Source: Ancylonema sp.
Lineage: Eukaryota
Direction: 5' to 3'
NCBI GenBank assembly: GCA_050230475.1
Contig: JBFLGF010000061.1
Location: 62,001-110,697 of the forward strand
DNA length: 48,697 nt
The notes beneath the pieces were generated by a model. The model was not told the origin of the DNA. It saw only the letters and a list, made by a program, of their open reading frames with translations, and did not search any database. A program made the position numbers and the translations under genes. The first letter of the stretch is position 1. The number at the start of each line of letters is the position of its first letter. This document shows, piece after piece, positions 11,881 to 24,129 of the stretch.

Positions 11881-12317
11881 TTTGTGTGTCTTCATGATTT
11901 TTATTTCCTATTTTTTTAGAATATCGTATATAATCTATCCTCAAAAAAACACATCCAATATATAAAAATAAAAATTTCTTGATAAAAAGTTGGGGCAATT
12001 TTAAAGGGTGAATTTATGATAAGGTTTATTGTTTATTGTTTATTATGGGTGGGCATCAGACGTTTTGGGGAGGAAAAGTTCGCGACAAAAACATGAGCAT
12101 CAATGCAAAGGCTATGAATATTTTTTTAAAGGCTCAAAAAGGGAGCATCGAGAAACTTATAAAAGGGCTGGTAAAGCGACACGTCGTCGAGTGTAACTAC
12201 TCCAAACAACCATACCACAATCTGTGGGAAGACGTGGAGATGATACTGTTGTTGAAATGCGCCAAAAGGAGCAGAGCGAATTCCAAAAAAGAGTAAGAAG
12301 TAATGACGTATGGGATA

Positions 12318-13324
12318 CGGATAAAACCAAACATTGCGACCATTGACCATGATCGACGAGTAGAAAAATTAGGCTTGGTTATACCCGCCATATCCCATCG
12401 CTCCACAAACAGCATGGCAAATGCGCCAATCGGACATGTCAAAAAATCTTTCGCACTCAAAACTCCAGTGTATTCGGAATTTCCGTTCTACACAACAAAA
12501 AATCTGGTGTTAGAGATCCCCTCGAATCCATAACAGCTACGCCTATCAAAAATTTACGCGATTAGTTTTCCCTTTGTTGCTTACAAACTCGATATGCACG
12601 ACTGGGTCTGGTCCAACACTAGGAAGCGTATCTTCAAACAAAATTTTAAGAGTTGCCTCTCTGGTGTCTTGACCTCGTGTCAACGCCTTGTGGGCATATA
12701 AGAAAGAAGTTCTTCGACCAAGTGATTGATGTGAGTGCATAAGGTTGTTCTAACTAGCAGCAGCAACTGATTTTGTTTCAAAAATGTGAGTCACATTCAA
12801 AAGCATGATGCATGATCAGATCCCGTCACATTCCAAAAAGTTTAGGTGCCCACTCACCTCACTTGCATCACTTTGTATGCCTTGGTCCCAACTTGTCAAT
12901 TCTCTGGTAAACACAGTATCCGAAGCCAATAATGTTGCAGCTGTAGCAGCTGCTCAACTCCATAACCTTCCTTCACATAAGATTGCGGATCCACATAATT
13001 TCTGCACACCAAACCACACACAACTTAACATCACTCAAGAAATGTCATTCTATAGGAACATGATATTATCCCATACGTCATTACTTCTTACTCTTTTTTG
13101 GAATTCGCTCTGCTCCTTTTGGCGCATTTCAACAACAGTATCATCTCCACGTCTTCCCACAGATTGTGGTATGGTTGTTTGGAGTAGTTACACTCGACGA
13201 CGTGTCGCTTTACCAGCCCTTTTATAAGTTTCTCGATGCTCCCTTTTTGAGCCTTTAAAAAAATATTCGTAGCCTTTGCATTGATGCTCATGTTTTTGTC
13301 GCGAACTTTTCCTCCCCAAAACGT
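12318..13324 (-). pseudogene. CryptonF/Ndc10-domain-II-like tyrosine recombinase, spliced, frameshifted, 3'-truncated (exons 13324-13092, 13001-12858, 12749-12558, 12487-12318)
   Basis: Spliced translation ...MILLLKCAKRSRANSKKE/NYVDPQSYVKEGYGVEQLLQL.../RRTSFLYAHKALTRGQDTREATLKILFEDTLPSVGPDPVVHIEFVSNKGKTNR/NGNSEYTGVLSAKDFLTCPIGAFAMLFVERWDMAGITKPNFSTRRSW follows the Crypton/Ndc10 order YxD..(D/E)GY, LxRG, GP, GKTN.NG..EY, CP.GA.A, P(D/N)F...W; GT-AG introns of 90, 108 and 70 bp. Confidence 0.8.
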
Positions 13325-13503
13325 CTGATGCCCACCCATAATAAACAATAAACAATAAACCTTATCATAAATTCACCCTTTAAAATTGCCCCAACTTTTT
13401 ATCAAGAAATTTTTATTTTTATATATTGGATGTGTTTTTTTGAGGATAGATTATATACAATATTCTAAAAAAATAGGAAATAAAAATCATGAAGACACAC
13501 AAA

Positions 13504-13936
13504 TGTTAGGACCACACTAGTGTGTGTCCCTAACTAGCTAGTACTCGTATTTGTTGCTTAACCTGTTTCGACTGAGTGACCAAAGTTCCTTAGCTTTTAA
13601 GTTATTCCCGTCGCTTAACCATTTTCTGTACTTGAAATCATTACGTTAACTAGTCGTTCGCTTCGAGTGCTTAAACTAGTTATCGTGCTGAAAGTTGTTC
13701 CTTCGTGTTCCTAGTCGATCAATTACTGTATTGCATAGAAAGAAATTTCATATATTTCGTCCTTCTCAACTCATGTACTCGTGTTCTTTCTAAGTGCCTA
13801 CCTTCTCTCATCTCATACCTTTCGCTTCGTTTCATTTCTCCTTCAGTTCTCTTCTCCTTTCATGTGCTCATTTCCCTTCCTCTATTTTCAATTCCCATTC
13901 TCTATTCTTTTCAAGCACATAGTTCACCTCATTACA
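13504..13936. mobile_element. Solo LTR 3, right-arm copy
   Basis: TGTTAGG...ATTACA, TSD ACAAA (13499-13503, 13937-13941). Confidence 0.7.
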
Positions 13937-13950
13937 ACAAAGACACATAT

Positions 13951-14248
13951 TGTTAGGACCACTCCCTTTAGTCTCCCTTTAGTCACTAGTGCTCCTATAA
14001 CGAGTGTGCCTAACCCGCACTAGTGTGCTTCTAGACTATACTACAGTTGTGCGTAGAGTGTGTGCTCTAGTTATCCCATCATGAGTTCCCCTCTTGTTTT
14101 CCTATATATAGTTGATAGGAGCTCCTGGTTAGTTGCTCCTATCAACTCATGTACCAATATTAAGTGTTTCCCTTCTTTAAGTGCTTAATTATGAATGCGA
14201 GTGTGCTTATCCTCAAGCTAGGATGCTCTTTCCTTTAGCGTCCTAATG
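13951..14248. mobile_element. Solo LTR 2, right-arm copy
   Basis: TGTTAGGA...TCCTAATG; flanks CATAT/AATAT; mirror of 11138-11433. Confidence 0.65.
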
Positions 14249-14450
14249 AATATAGACCCAAAAACATTAAAATCAATCTGATCAATATATTTACAAATAA
14301 GCAAAGCAATTTAAATCGGATTCAATATCATAACCCAGCCATGAAATCACCGTGTCACTGTTCATTGAGGAAACAAAAGTTGAAGACGTTATTTGGGTTT
14401 TCGATCTATCTTTTCTGTGTCTAATATTCAATCAGATACATTTCCATTTT

Positions 14451-14708
14451 TTATTTTAAAAAACTCTCAAACGAGGTATTTACCCCAAATTTCTTGTATT
14501 GAAGCTCGTACTCCTTTGCCATAGAAGGTTTCACGTTGCGCAACCAATTATCGTTCACCTTAGCCACCACTTCGGGCGATAACACCCTGGGTTCATCGAC
14601 CATAGGGTCGACGAACCCATTTCCGGGTGAAGCAGGCGCCGGATTCCCCACGATCACCACGGTCAGGAAGATGAGTAGAAAAGGAACCAGGATCATTGAA
14701 AGAATCAT
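14451..14708 (-). CDS. Right-arm copy of the 85-aa ORF (putative first exon of the recombinase gene)
   Basis: Same translation as 10678-10935; same strand as the recombinase exons at 13324-12318. Confidence 0.4.
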   Translation of the reverse strand: MILSMILVPFLLIFLTVVIVGNPAPASPGNGFVDPMVDEPRVLSPEVVAKVNDNWLRNVKPSMAKEYELQYKKFGVNTSFESFLK

Positions 14709-14896
14709 GGTTGGGATAGGCAGTGTGAGAGTGAGAGAGTGTGAGATAGTGTGAGAGGGTCACTGGGTCTATGCGGCTCTACGAGGGTGGATGGAAGGAG
14801 GATCGTGGCACGAAATTGTCCACGCGGTTTGAATTATTCAAGCTGTTTAAGATATTTTACCCACGTCACGTCATAAACCGGACGAAGGCAAGGTAT

Positions 14897-15449
14897 TGTG
14901 ATGCGACATACTGGTGTATGAAACAACTAAACTCAACACAGCATAATCAAATGCTAAAACTCATTCGCATTATCATTCAGTCTTTGCGAAAACCTATTTG
15001 ACAAAACTTCTTTCACGAAGGTAGTAAAATCAACACCGGAGAAGAAATGTACCTATAGTAGTTCGGTAAGAACAATCTAGGTCAGCTAGCCAAAAGTCTG
15101 ACCTTGGGCACGTTGCCAAGTTCAAAGCACATTCAAATGACTAACGACCCTAGATACATCGAACGATCAATCTAAAACCGGTCACACACAATCTTCACGA
15201 AAACGCATGCGCGCTCCAAGTTAGTCCACGCCGTCGACACTTGTCACCGACACTAAATTTACCGATACAAAATAACGAACCATTTCGAACTAAAAATACA
15301 CGCGTCACAAAATACACTCCGTCGATATAGCACTTCATGTCATAGACACCAAAACCAAACAAAACTCAACACAACAAAACACGCCAATTTTCGGTAACCT
15401 TAAATGGCAACTTTTAATAATATACAAATATGTTGCAGAATACCTCACA
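14897..15449 (-). mobile_element. Solo LTR 1, right-arm copy, with an extra 23-bp PPT-like segment (15450-15472)
   Basis: TGTGATG...CCTCACA between GGTAT (14892-14896) and GGTAT (15473-15477); the minus strand reads GCAGGGAGGGGGAT|TGTGAGG. Confidence 0.7.
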
Positions 15450-16161
15450 ATCCCCCTCCCTGCAACATCAATGGTATCGCGGGATATTTTTACCGATTTT
15501 AAGCATTTCTCACGAGTGATGGTGTGCATGTATACATTACCAGAGTCAACCAGAGACACAACCGAGCTTCGTTCGCGAGGAAATCTATTTTTGTTGCAGA
15601 CTCATGTTGGCCGCCGTTACAGGTTATTTTCAGGTTGAGGTCCGCATCTGGTGTGGTAACGAGGTCTTCTGAGGTCTGGACCACTTTGGCGGACGTTCTT
15701 TTCTCTTAGTGAATATTACACGTGCGACGTTAGGCATGGGAAGGTGTTATCTGTCTCGGTCCACTTTTTTGGCGGATGTCCACCACGCATATTGTTCTGG
15801 TTGACCGAGGTCCAGACCACTTTCAATGAAATCTGACCGAGATCTGAGTACGTTCGCCGATGCCCGACACAGTGGAGTTTTTTCTCCAATCACGTCGGAT
15901 TTGGTCTGATTTCCGCCAATCAGGCTTCGAGAATCCCGAAAAAATCTCCGCACGCGTCTCAAAATCTTAATTACGCCTCTCGATCTGGATTCAGTACTCA
16001 CCGTCACTCGACACCGGGGTAAGTTTCTCACGGCGAAGTACCCCATTCCTTCCGGACAGGGAGAATATGCAGGTCCACGATGTTGACGGCTCGGTAATGA
16101 GTCCGACCCCGCTCAGACCGGGTCACGGCACGCATCCGAACGAGAGTTTAGACCCACACGG

Positions 16162-16329
16162 TAATGATGAAAGTGTATATTATAGTGAAAATCGACGGGA
16201 ACCCCATCTCATTACAAGAACGTGCCTGTAAAGAAACTACATATCCTAAAAACGATTTTTTTTGGAGCCGATCGTTCTAGCCAAAACTCGCAACAATATG
16301 GAACTCCGAAGAAGAAAGCGGAACGCGCG
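16162..16329 (-). mobile_element. Short 3' fragment of the CRE-like non-LTR retrotransposon also found at ~32.1-32.5 kb
   Basis: Reverse complement aligns with 32367-32541 (TTTCTTCTTCGG.AGTT, GTTTTGGCTAGAACG, GTTCTTGTAATGAGATGGGG.TCCCGTCG, CTATAATATACACTTTC). Confidence 0.75.
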
Positions 16330-16662
16330 TCACCATTTAGTTCAGAGCTCTCTCCTGATGCAAAATCCAGGTGTTTAATCCAGGTGTAAAAAATACACGT
16401 TTTTAAGGCTTATAAATTATGCTCTTAAGGCCTGAAGACCTTATTAAGTTACCCTTATTAAGCTTGTTGTTAGGGCTAATCTGGTTCGGATCTCTACCTA
16501 AGCCTTAGAAACCCATCACCGCGCGTAACCATGATTTGAGGTTCAGCAGTCCCTTCTTGGAGTGCCCGACGGTCTTGTACAGCATGTGACACTCAAGGCT
16601 CATGAAATCTCGGAAAGAGGCCACTCGCTCTTTCAAGCTTTCCTCTGTTGGTCGTGGAGAGT

Positions 16663-18488
16663 ATGTCGGCACTGCGAGTATGTCAGATCATTCTGCCTGC
16701 CTTTTCGTCTGTTTGCACTTCTGGCATCTGGCTGTCATGTCAGTTCGAGCTGTTAATTGCAATGTCCTCTGGTGTATTACGTAGAAGTTGGACCTGACAC
16801 CATTTTTACTCGTTTCGACGACAGTCATAGATGTTCCCAACGTATTGGATGCTTCTTCTGTGATTGGCATTTTTGGCCCCTACAGCACTTTTAACAAAAT
16901 GTATTCCGTTTGCTGAGCAGAAAGTTACTGCTGGACTCACGCCAATATCAATTCAAGCGTGCCGGTGGCGACTCTTTGACGCCAAGGACCAGGTTCGCAA
17001 GTTCTGCCTGCCGCACTGATGCATTGACATCCTTCCAGTACGACTAATGTATGTACTCTGCTGCAACTCTGACATATTTTGCCACGTGAAGTGAATTCAA
17101 GGCCTGACTGAGGTTTCTCTCTATCGAAGTCATGGCTACTGTCCACTATAAGATTTTAAAACGTATATTTCTCTTCAAAAAAATGTGCACGCCTTTTTAT
17201 TAAAGATAGTATATTTCATGGACCCGCAAATACTTTAGGATTTACATAGTTCCATAGTTTTGTAAGTAAAGCAGATGGCGCTTCAGATTTTCTATGCGGC
17301 TGTAAGAATCGAACCTTTGTTGGACGCTCTGCCGTATCCATATTCCACCCCTTGACATTACTGCCTACTCTCTGGCCTACTCTCAAAATATGTCCGAGTC
17401 CATCTCAAACACTCATCCAGCATTGAGATTCGTTTCACTGTCGAATTTCCCCTGTACGAAGCTTCAAGACCAGGGACCAGTGATTGGATGAGGTCTACAG
17501 ATATGTACCCAGTGGTCCGGGTAGTGTCATCCTTGGATATTGACTCAATTCAGATCTGAAGCCTGAACTCACTGGTGTCGCTGTCATGAAAGCTATACCT
17601 ATAAATTTTTGGGGTTGCAGGTCTTAGGTCGGTTAGCTTCCCGGATTGCTGTAGTCCTTCAGGGCAAAGATAAGCCAACCTATACTCCCAACAAGGAGGA
17701 AGGTGACATCTGCATCGTTGTGAACGCGCGCCATGTGGCACTGACGGGGAACAAGTTAACTGACAAAGTTTACACATGGCACACTGGGTGAGTTGCCAGA
17801 AGGTGTCCTTCCTTCCATGTTGCCATGTGGTAGAGAGTTGTCGTAAGCTACCAAAAGGAGATATGCATATGTCACTCACTTCGTTATCCGTTCATTTGAA
17901 ACTGTAAGCATACATATGAAAACCATTGTTCTCTTAGGTTTATTGAACTTGACATTCTCATTTGCTAACAATATTCCGGCTTGCATCGGCTCACCTGTGT
18001 CTCATATCCAGCTACGTCGGAGGGCTGAAGCAAAGGACTGTGAAGGATCAGATGAAATGGGAGTCGACAGAAGTCTTGCGCACAGCTGTGCACCGAATGC
18101 TGCCTAAGAACAAGCTCCAAGATGTGAGGGTCTGCTGCCTTCCTGCTTATCAGCGTTTCATTGCCTGTCAGAAAGCCGATGAGAAGCATTCGATGTGCAA
18201 ACATGCAGCACAGAGAAATGGGAGCTGTTGCCAATTCAACGACCCACCAACTGTATGTTGTGCTGTGGGATTTAATATGGGTCATTTCTTGCGCAGGATC
18301 GCATGAGGAAGCTTCGCCTTTTTCCAGACGAGATGCACAATCTAGATGAGTTTCCTACGGAGGAGTACATTATGCCGCCCAGGAATGTGAGGGAGATGCG
18401 GCCACGGCAAAAACGGGCGCTGAAGAAGATCGAAACAGCGGCAAAAATCGCAGCAGAAAAAAAGGCTGCCTCTGGGGCGCAAGCATAG
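16663..18488 (+). CDS. RPL13: Ribosomal protein uL13, plant mitochondrial type (exons ~16663-16677, 16921-16992, 17621-17787, 18012-18123, 18298-18488)
   Basis: [72 protein letters not shown]; the first micro-exon is tentative. Confidence 0.93.
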
Positions 18489-18884
18489 ACAGAGACTTAG
18501 GCAGAGCGAAGGGGATTGGAAGGGTGGTTGCTGAGGGCAGCGCAGATTTAGTTTAGTGACAGGCTGGAGCCGGCAGGCTAACCATTAGAAGGATTCGGTG
18601 TGGGTGTAGGTGTGAGTGTAGGTCAGCTTAGTTGCAAGGGTCTATCGAGAGAGTGCTTCGAGAGAGAGAGGGAATAAGTGCAGAGTTGGCAGCAGAAGCA
18701 GAGAAGGGTACAGGTGGCATTGAGGCAGAATCGAAGACAAGGATCTTGGGAAGAGTAGAAAGAGCCCTTTATGGAGGGAGGCATGGAGAGCTTTTTAGAG
18801 GGAGAGGAGGAGTCTAATTTGGTGGAAATGGTGGAAAGCATGGTTGGGGATGAGGATGTAGGCGTGACATAGGGGAAAGGAAGC

Positions 18885-20842
18885 ATGTCAAAACTAAAAT
18901 CCAGTCTACGGAGCCGCTGCACATCAAGAGGGATGTTATTATTTGGGGCTGGGTTGGTTGGTCTCGTGCTATCCTTGGTGTGGGATCCATCTGCCATGAG
19001 ACTCAAGGGTGTGGGTTCAGGGCAGAGGGGGGTAGGTGGCACGGCATATAATGAGATGTCAGCAGTGGCAGGAGTGGGCGGGGAAGGCAACAACAGTCTG
19101 CACTCTGATGTCCTCTGGATGGCACCCTTTCTGTCGGGGGGGGGGTATTGCACCGAGGCTATCTCATACGCATTGGCTCTCAGCAGACATGGGGGCAGAG
19201 GCCGGCTGCAGATCTGGCAGCATGGAGATGCATTTGATCGACGGTTCTGGGAAGGTCTATCGAAGGGGGAGCGAGAGGTGCTGCAGGGGCTGTTTGGGAA
19301 TGAGGTGGAGGTGGAGAAGAGTGTGGTGGTGTGTCATTCGGAACCGGGGGCGTGGTACCCGCCTTTGTACCAGACTGCCCCCTGTCCTCCTGGGGGGTAT
19401 GGCAAGTGGAAGTATGTGATTGGGCGGACGATGTTTGAGACGGATCGGGTGACACCTCAGCATGTGGAGCGATGCAATAGGATGGACGAGGTAAGGGAAG
19501 GCGAATGGGATAAGTTTGTAAATGTTGAAGTCAAACTCAACAAATATGTGTTATGAGTTGGAGTGTTCTGCAGCAGTTGTACATATGTATGCATTGGTCT
19601 TGTGTTCCTACCAGAGTCATGCATTATATTTATTTTCTTCAGAGTTTTCGGTTTTCGATTTTCGATTTTCGGTTTCTGCAAGTGTTCTGCGCCAGTTGGT
19701 GAATGAATTTGTTGGCCACATTGCCACATGGTATGCGTACATTTGATATCCTGTTTCGCCTCCAACAGATTATCAATTTCTGCTACAAGACTAACCCTCA
19801 CTTCCGGCTGATTACGTCTAATTCCGACATCCCTAAAACCGAATCTGTCAGACCAATATCACATCCAGATCTGGCCTCTACCTGGACCCGCCACCATCCT
19901 TCACGTAACATAGCATTGCTGTCATCAGTAGCATCACCCGGCCACCCCAGCCCACCCCAACCCCCCCAGCCCTTTGTGTTGCAGGTATGGGTGCCAACTG
20001 ATTTCCACATCCACACCTTTTCTGCAAGTGGCGTCATCCCCTCCAAACTAGTGAAAATCATCCAAGCCATAGACACAGCTGTTTTCGATCCCCACATCAC
20101 ACAAACCATCCCCATCCCCCCATCCCATCCTCTCTTCCCATCTCCCTCCTCCCCACCTTCCACTACCCACCCGTACCCAGTCGTAGTCAAGACACCGACG
20201 ACCTCATTTTCGTTTCTCAGTATATTCAAATGGGAGACTCGGAAAGGATGGGATCTGTTGCTAACCGCATACCTCTCCCACTTCTCTGCCGATGATGATG
20301 TCACCCTCTACTTGCTGACCAACGCTTACCACACCGACACAGACTTCATTCCTAAGATGCAACAATTTGTCGCCACGTGTCGTCTCCTGGAACCCTCACA
20401 AGGCTGGGCCCGGGTGCGTGTGATTGGTAGCCACGTGCCACAAGCCGACCTCGCGGGTTTGTACAAATCCGTAAATGTGTTTGTGCTTCCCTCTAGAGGG
20501 GAGGGGTGGGGAAGGCCCATCGTGGAAGCCATGGCTATGGGCCTCCCGGTTATCGCCACAAACTGGTCGGGAATGACTGAGTATATGACAAACGAAAATT
20601 CTTATCCTATAGGTGTGGAGAGACTAGAGGAGGTTCTAGAAGGTCCCTTCAAGGGACATAGATGGGCGCTTCCTTGTGTGAAGCATTTGAAAGAGCTCAT
20701 GCGGCATGTGTATACTCATCCAAAAGAAGGTCAACGCAAGGGTCGTTTAGCTCGGCTAGACATGGAACGTGAATATTCGCCGGATGTGGTAGGCCGGAAA
20801 GTGATTGCGAGATTAAGGAGAATTGATGCTCTATTCGAGTGA
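18885..20842 (+). CDS. GT-B glycosyltransferase family 4 (Glycos_transf_1), two exons 18885-19490 and 19985-20842
   Basis: N-terminal TM, WMAPFLSGGGYCTEA, IGRTMFETDRV, MDE|VWVPT splice, FLSIFKWETRKGWD, VLPSRGEGWGRPIVEAMAMGLPVIATNWSG (E-X7-E motif). Confidence 0.92.
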
Positions 20843-21439
20843 AATCGCAATCGAGGCGGGTCGTCATTGACGCTCTCTAGTTGTGCTCCCAGTGCTTATA
20901 TCGTGTTGTGGTTTTTTGGTTGATGATATCTGCCGAACTGAATATGGGGTTTTGTTTTTAAATGATGAGTGTCATGGTGTCGCTGGAAATTTCATGGTGT
21001 ACGTTGGGCTAATTGAAGAATGTTAGTGTGTCTTTGTCAAGAGCTTGCACCTGGGGCTCTCATTTGGGAATTTATGATCCAAAGGTGGCCAACTTTAGTA
21101 ATATTAGTACCTCTTTAGACAAGCATATGTTACAACACAACTCCCATGCCTCCAAACGAATGTATGGGCATCTCCCACCACATATTCCTTCAGAATATCA
21201 TCTTAACTCTGACAGTTCATACAATTGAGATGTGTTTTGTGGCCATGAACGATTCGGCAAGCCTCCACAGACTCCACCTTGTACCTCCCAAGTGTGCGAT
21301 ACACATACAAGCGCTTGTTCCCAATATAGTAGTAGCTCAAGCAAGATGCGAGTGCCTCCAATCAGATTGCTAGTTGAGCTTATTGGCGCCTTCTCTACCT
21401 AAATATATGCACACTAAATTTTTATGACTCGGCGGACAA

Positions 21440-22480
21440 CTACACTGCAGATTGCTTATACACTGATGTGTCCAATATTTGTTTACCGCACATAGCGCAA
21501 ACTCCTGCACACAAACATGGACAAAAAGGAAGGGTTCAAATGCCACAATGGCTGAGATATGGTAAGAAAAATTGACGAAAAATAAATAACACGGAGACCC
21601 ACATGCTGCTACTTGGCGAGCACGGGCATGCATCCAATCTTGTGCATATTTATGTATTTGAATCTTTTTTTCCTTCATGCCACACCATAACTATGGAGCA
21701 ACATGTGTCGGGTTTTAGTCTAGTTTTTGCCAAAACGACGAGGGGAGTTTTGTCTTTGCAACTGACAATATTTTTCCCAAATTCCAACAAACATACCACC
21801 ATATTAAAAAAGACAATTCCAAAGCATGCCGACAAAAAGACCACGTGCCTTTGCACCTCACCCTTTTTATAAGCACAATTTTGGCAGTATTTCGCCTCCT
21901 GATGCAACTGCTGCTTGCAGATCACGCACTTACTGCCAGAGGCACTCCCGTACGGACTCCACCTGATGACATCATCGATGAAGGAGGGTGATGTCAGCAT
22001 CACACTCAAATACAACTTGTCTCCTCCCCACCCCCCTCCAAGACATTCGTTGGGGGGGGTTTTGTGACTTCTCAATTTGATTTGCTCTGGAGAAGACAGG
22101 ACTGGTTGCAAGAAGGCGACGATGATATCGGCTGAGTGACGTTAGCTTCCGCCACGTCAGCGCACCAGCTGTCAGGATGTGTCAAGGTGCTGATGATCGG
22201 ACCACTTTTACAGTATATCTCAGGAAATTTGATGTTTTTTATTCATAAGCCACAAACAGCGAGACTGCAAAGGTCATGGAGGACGCACAACAGTACGGAA
22301 ATATCATTTAACGTCTGCTGAAATCGAAAAAAATCACATGCACGCCTCTGTGTCGAGGCGTAAAAATGTGTCATTACAATTACGGACACATACACACATA
22401 CACACATACACACATACACACATACACACATACACACATACACACATACACACATACACACATACACACATACACACATA

Positions 22481-22523
<43 letters not shown>

Positions 22524-23144
22524 ACATATGTACATATATACATATATACATACATATACACACACATGTACATGAGCGTACATGTGCATATAGATATATG
22601 TATCCATATATTATGTGTATGTAACTTCGTTTGCTGGTATGCATGTTTGAAAGAAGATCTGTAAAATCATACATATTTATTTGTGGATTGATAACTTCGT
22701 TTAATGTATAGCTCCATGCGCACATGTATACATATCAGTAAAGCATGTTCTGTCAGAAAACACCAGAATGGGTCAAATGTAGAAACACCATTAGTTTGAG
22801 ACGGATGCGTATGCAAGTCACCCCCCCCACCTGTTTCTTTTACTTAGCAACTTGTTTTCGTTTAACTTCCTCCCTCCCGAGTCGGATGTGTTGCTAGCGC
22901 CCTCTTTCCACTTGTCCGGCACGATCACTTTGCTCAACTTTTTCTCACCTGTGAACCAAACCAACCAACCAACCAATTCTCAACCATCCGACCAAACTAC
23001 CGAGCGACCGACGAATCAGAATTTCAAGGATAAGAAAGCAGCACAAGGCAGCCAGCTACCTGAGTAGAACGAGTATCTGTAAATACCTCGAATCCAATTA
23101 AGTATGTTATCTGGAAGAAGTGCATTACATTTTCCGCACACCAT
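21440..23144 (-). CDS. CRIPT: Cysteine-rich PDZ-binding protein (4 exons: ~23144-23129, 22949-22831, 21963-21861, 21504-21440)
   Basis: Spliced MVCGKCEKKLSKVIVPDKWKEGASNT..GGRKLNENKLLSK..RWSPY..KCVICKQQLHQEAKYCQNCAYKKGVCAMCGKQILDTSVYKQSAV*. Confidence 0.93.
22386..22570. repeat. (CATACACA)n/(CA)n microsatellite in CRIPT intron
   Basis: Direct reading of the sequence. Confidence 0.95.
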
Positions 23145-24088
23145 CGTCCTTCAGTGAATCGCACCCACCCCTTCTCCAGACCCGGCCTCGCAACCGGTCC
23201 TACGACAAGAGTCGGAGAGAGTCAGCCCGCACCGTCACTGAAACAACATCATGTAATTTTCACTTATTGCGAGCTCGGCTACAGTAGACACGGTAAGTTG
23301 TAGAACTCTCTGTCTTCCGCCCTCTTTTTGGTATCGCAGTTCTGAATGTGACTCTCGGTCGTGTGGAGAGAGACAAAAACTGCTGTTTTCTTCTGCTCGC
23401 ATTAAACCAAGAAGGAGACTACTGATGTAGGATTTTGAAACAAACAGCAACTACTCAGGCTGGTAGTTTGTACGACACCAACTACTGTTATGAAAGGGCT
23501 TTGTGCGCACAGCCAAGTGTTCCCTGGCTTCGCTGGAAGGTGGACCCCATCCGGTGGAGGACGCAAACTAGTGTCGGCAACCCCAACTTGGGGTCTACCA
23601 CCCAGCCCAAGGCCCTCTATAGCCCGCCTGCGGCTGGCTAGCCGTGGGTACTGCAGCTGGGTATTATTAGCATATTTGCTCCAGTTGGATCGATGGGAAG
23701 CGAGTGTGGGTGCCAAAGGATGCGGCACGATACAGTTTGGGACAAGCAGTGTTGCGTACGGTTACCACACCCATACATGCGGTAGGACGATTTTTTCCCC
23801 GCCAGGACTTGACTTGCTCTCATTCGTATTCGTCATACCATGTATTCCGTACGCATGCTTTCGTTACACCATGTAGATAATTATTGTTGCATATTTTCAC
23901 ACAGTTGGTTGTTCTGATAGTAGAACCTCTGCCGCGGAACAAGGATGAGTCTTTCAAAGCACGTATAATCCATACATGTGGATGTCCAATGTTGGTGTCA
24001 TGAACATGGAAGAGTAAAAGAGTGCTCACTACAACGATCCCGATGACGTCACTAACTTTATTGCGTGCTTGTCACGCGCTTCGTGATT

Positions 24089-24092
<4 letters not shown>

Positions 24093-24128
<36 letters not shown>
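24093..24128. repeat. (TG)n microsatellite
   Basis: Uninterrupted TG run. Confidence 0.95.

Positions 24129-24129
<1 letters not shown>

Larger units (their letters stand above)
9228..16161. mobile_element. 6.9-kb fold-back element: inverted arms 9228-12317 and 13067-16161 with a 749-bp spacer; putative non-autonomous Crypton derivative
   Basis: Starts CCGTGTGGGTCTAAACTCTCG and ends CGAGAGTTTAGACCCACACGG; mirror ORF pairs (9343/16046, 10678/14708, 12036/13348); inner junctions ...GTATGGGATA(12317) and (13067)TATCCCATAC...; tyrosine-recombinase exons in right arm and spacer; no TSD seen. Confidence 0.85.

Noticed and set aside
22243..22725. Cys/Val- or His/Thr-rich ORFs
   Set aside because: Translations of an intronic CA microsatellite.
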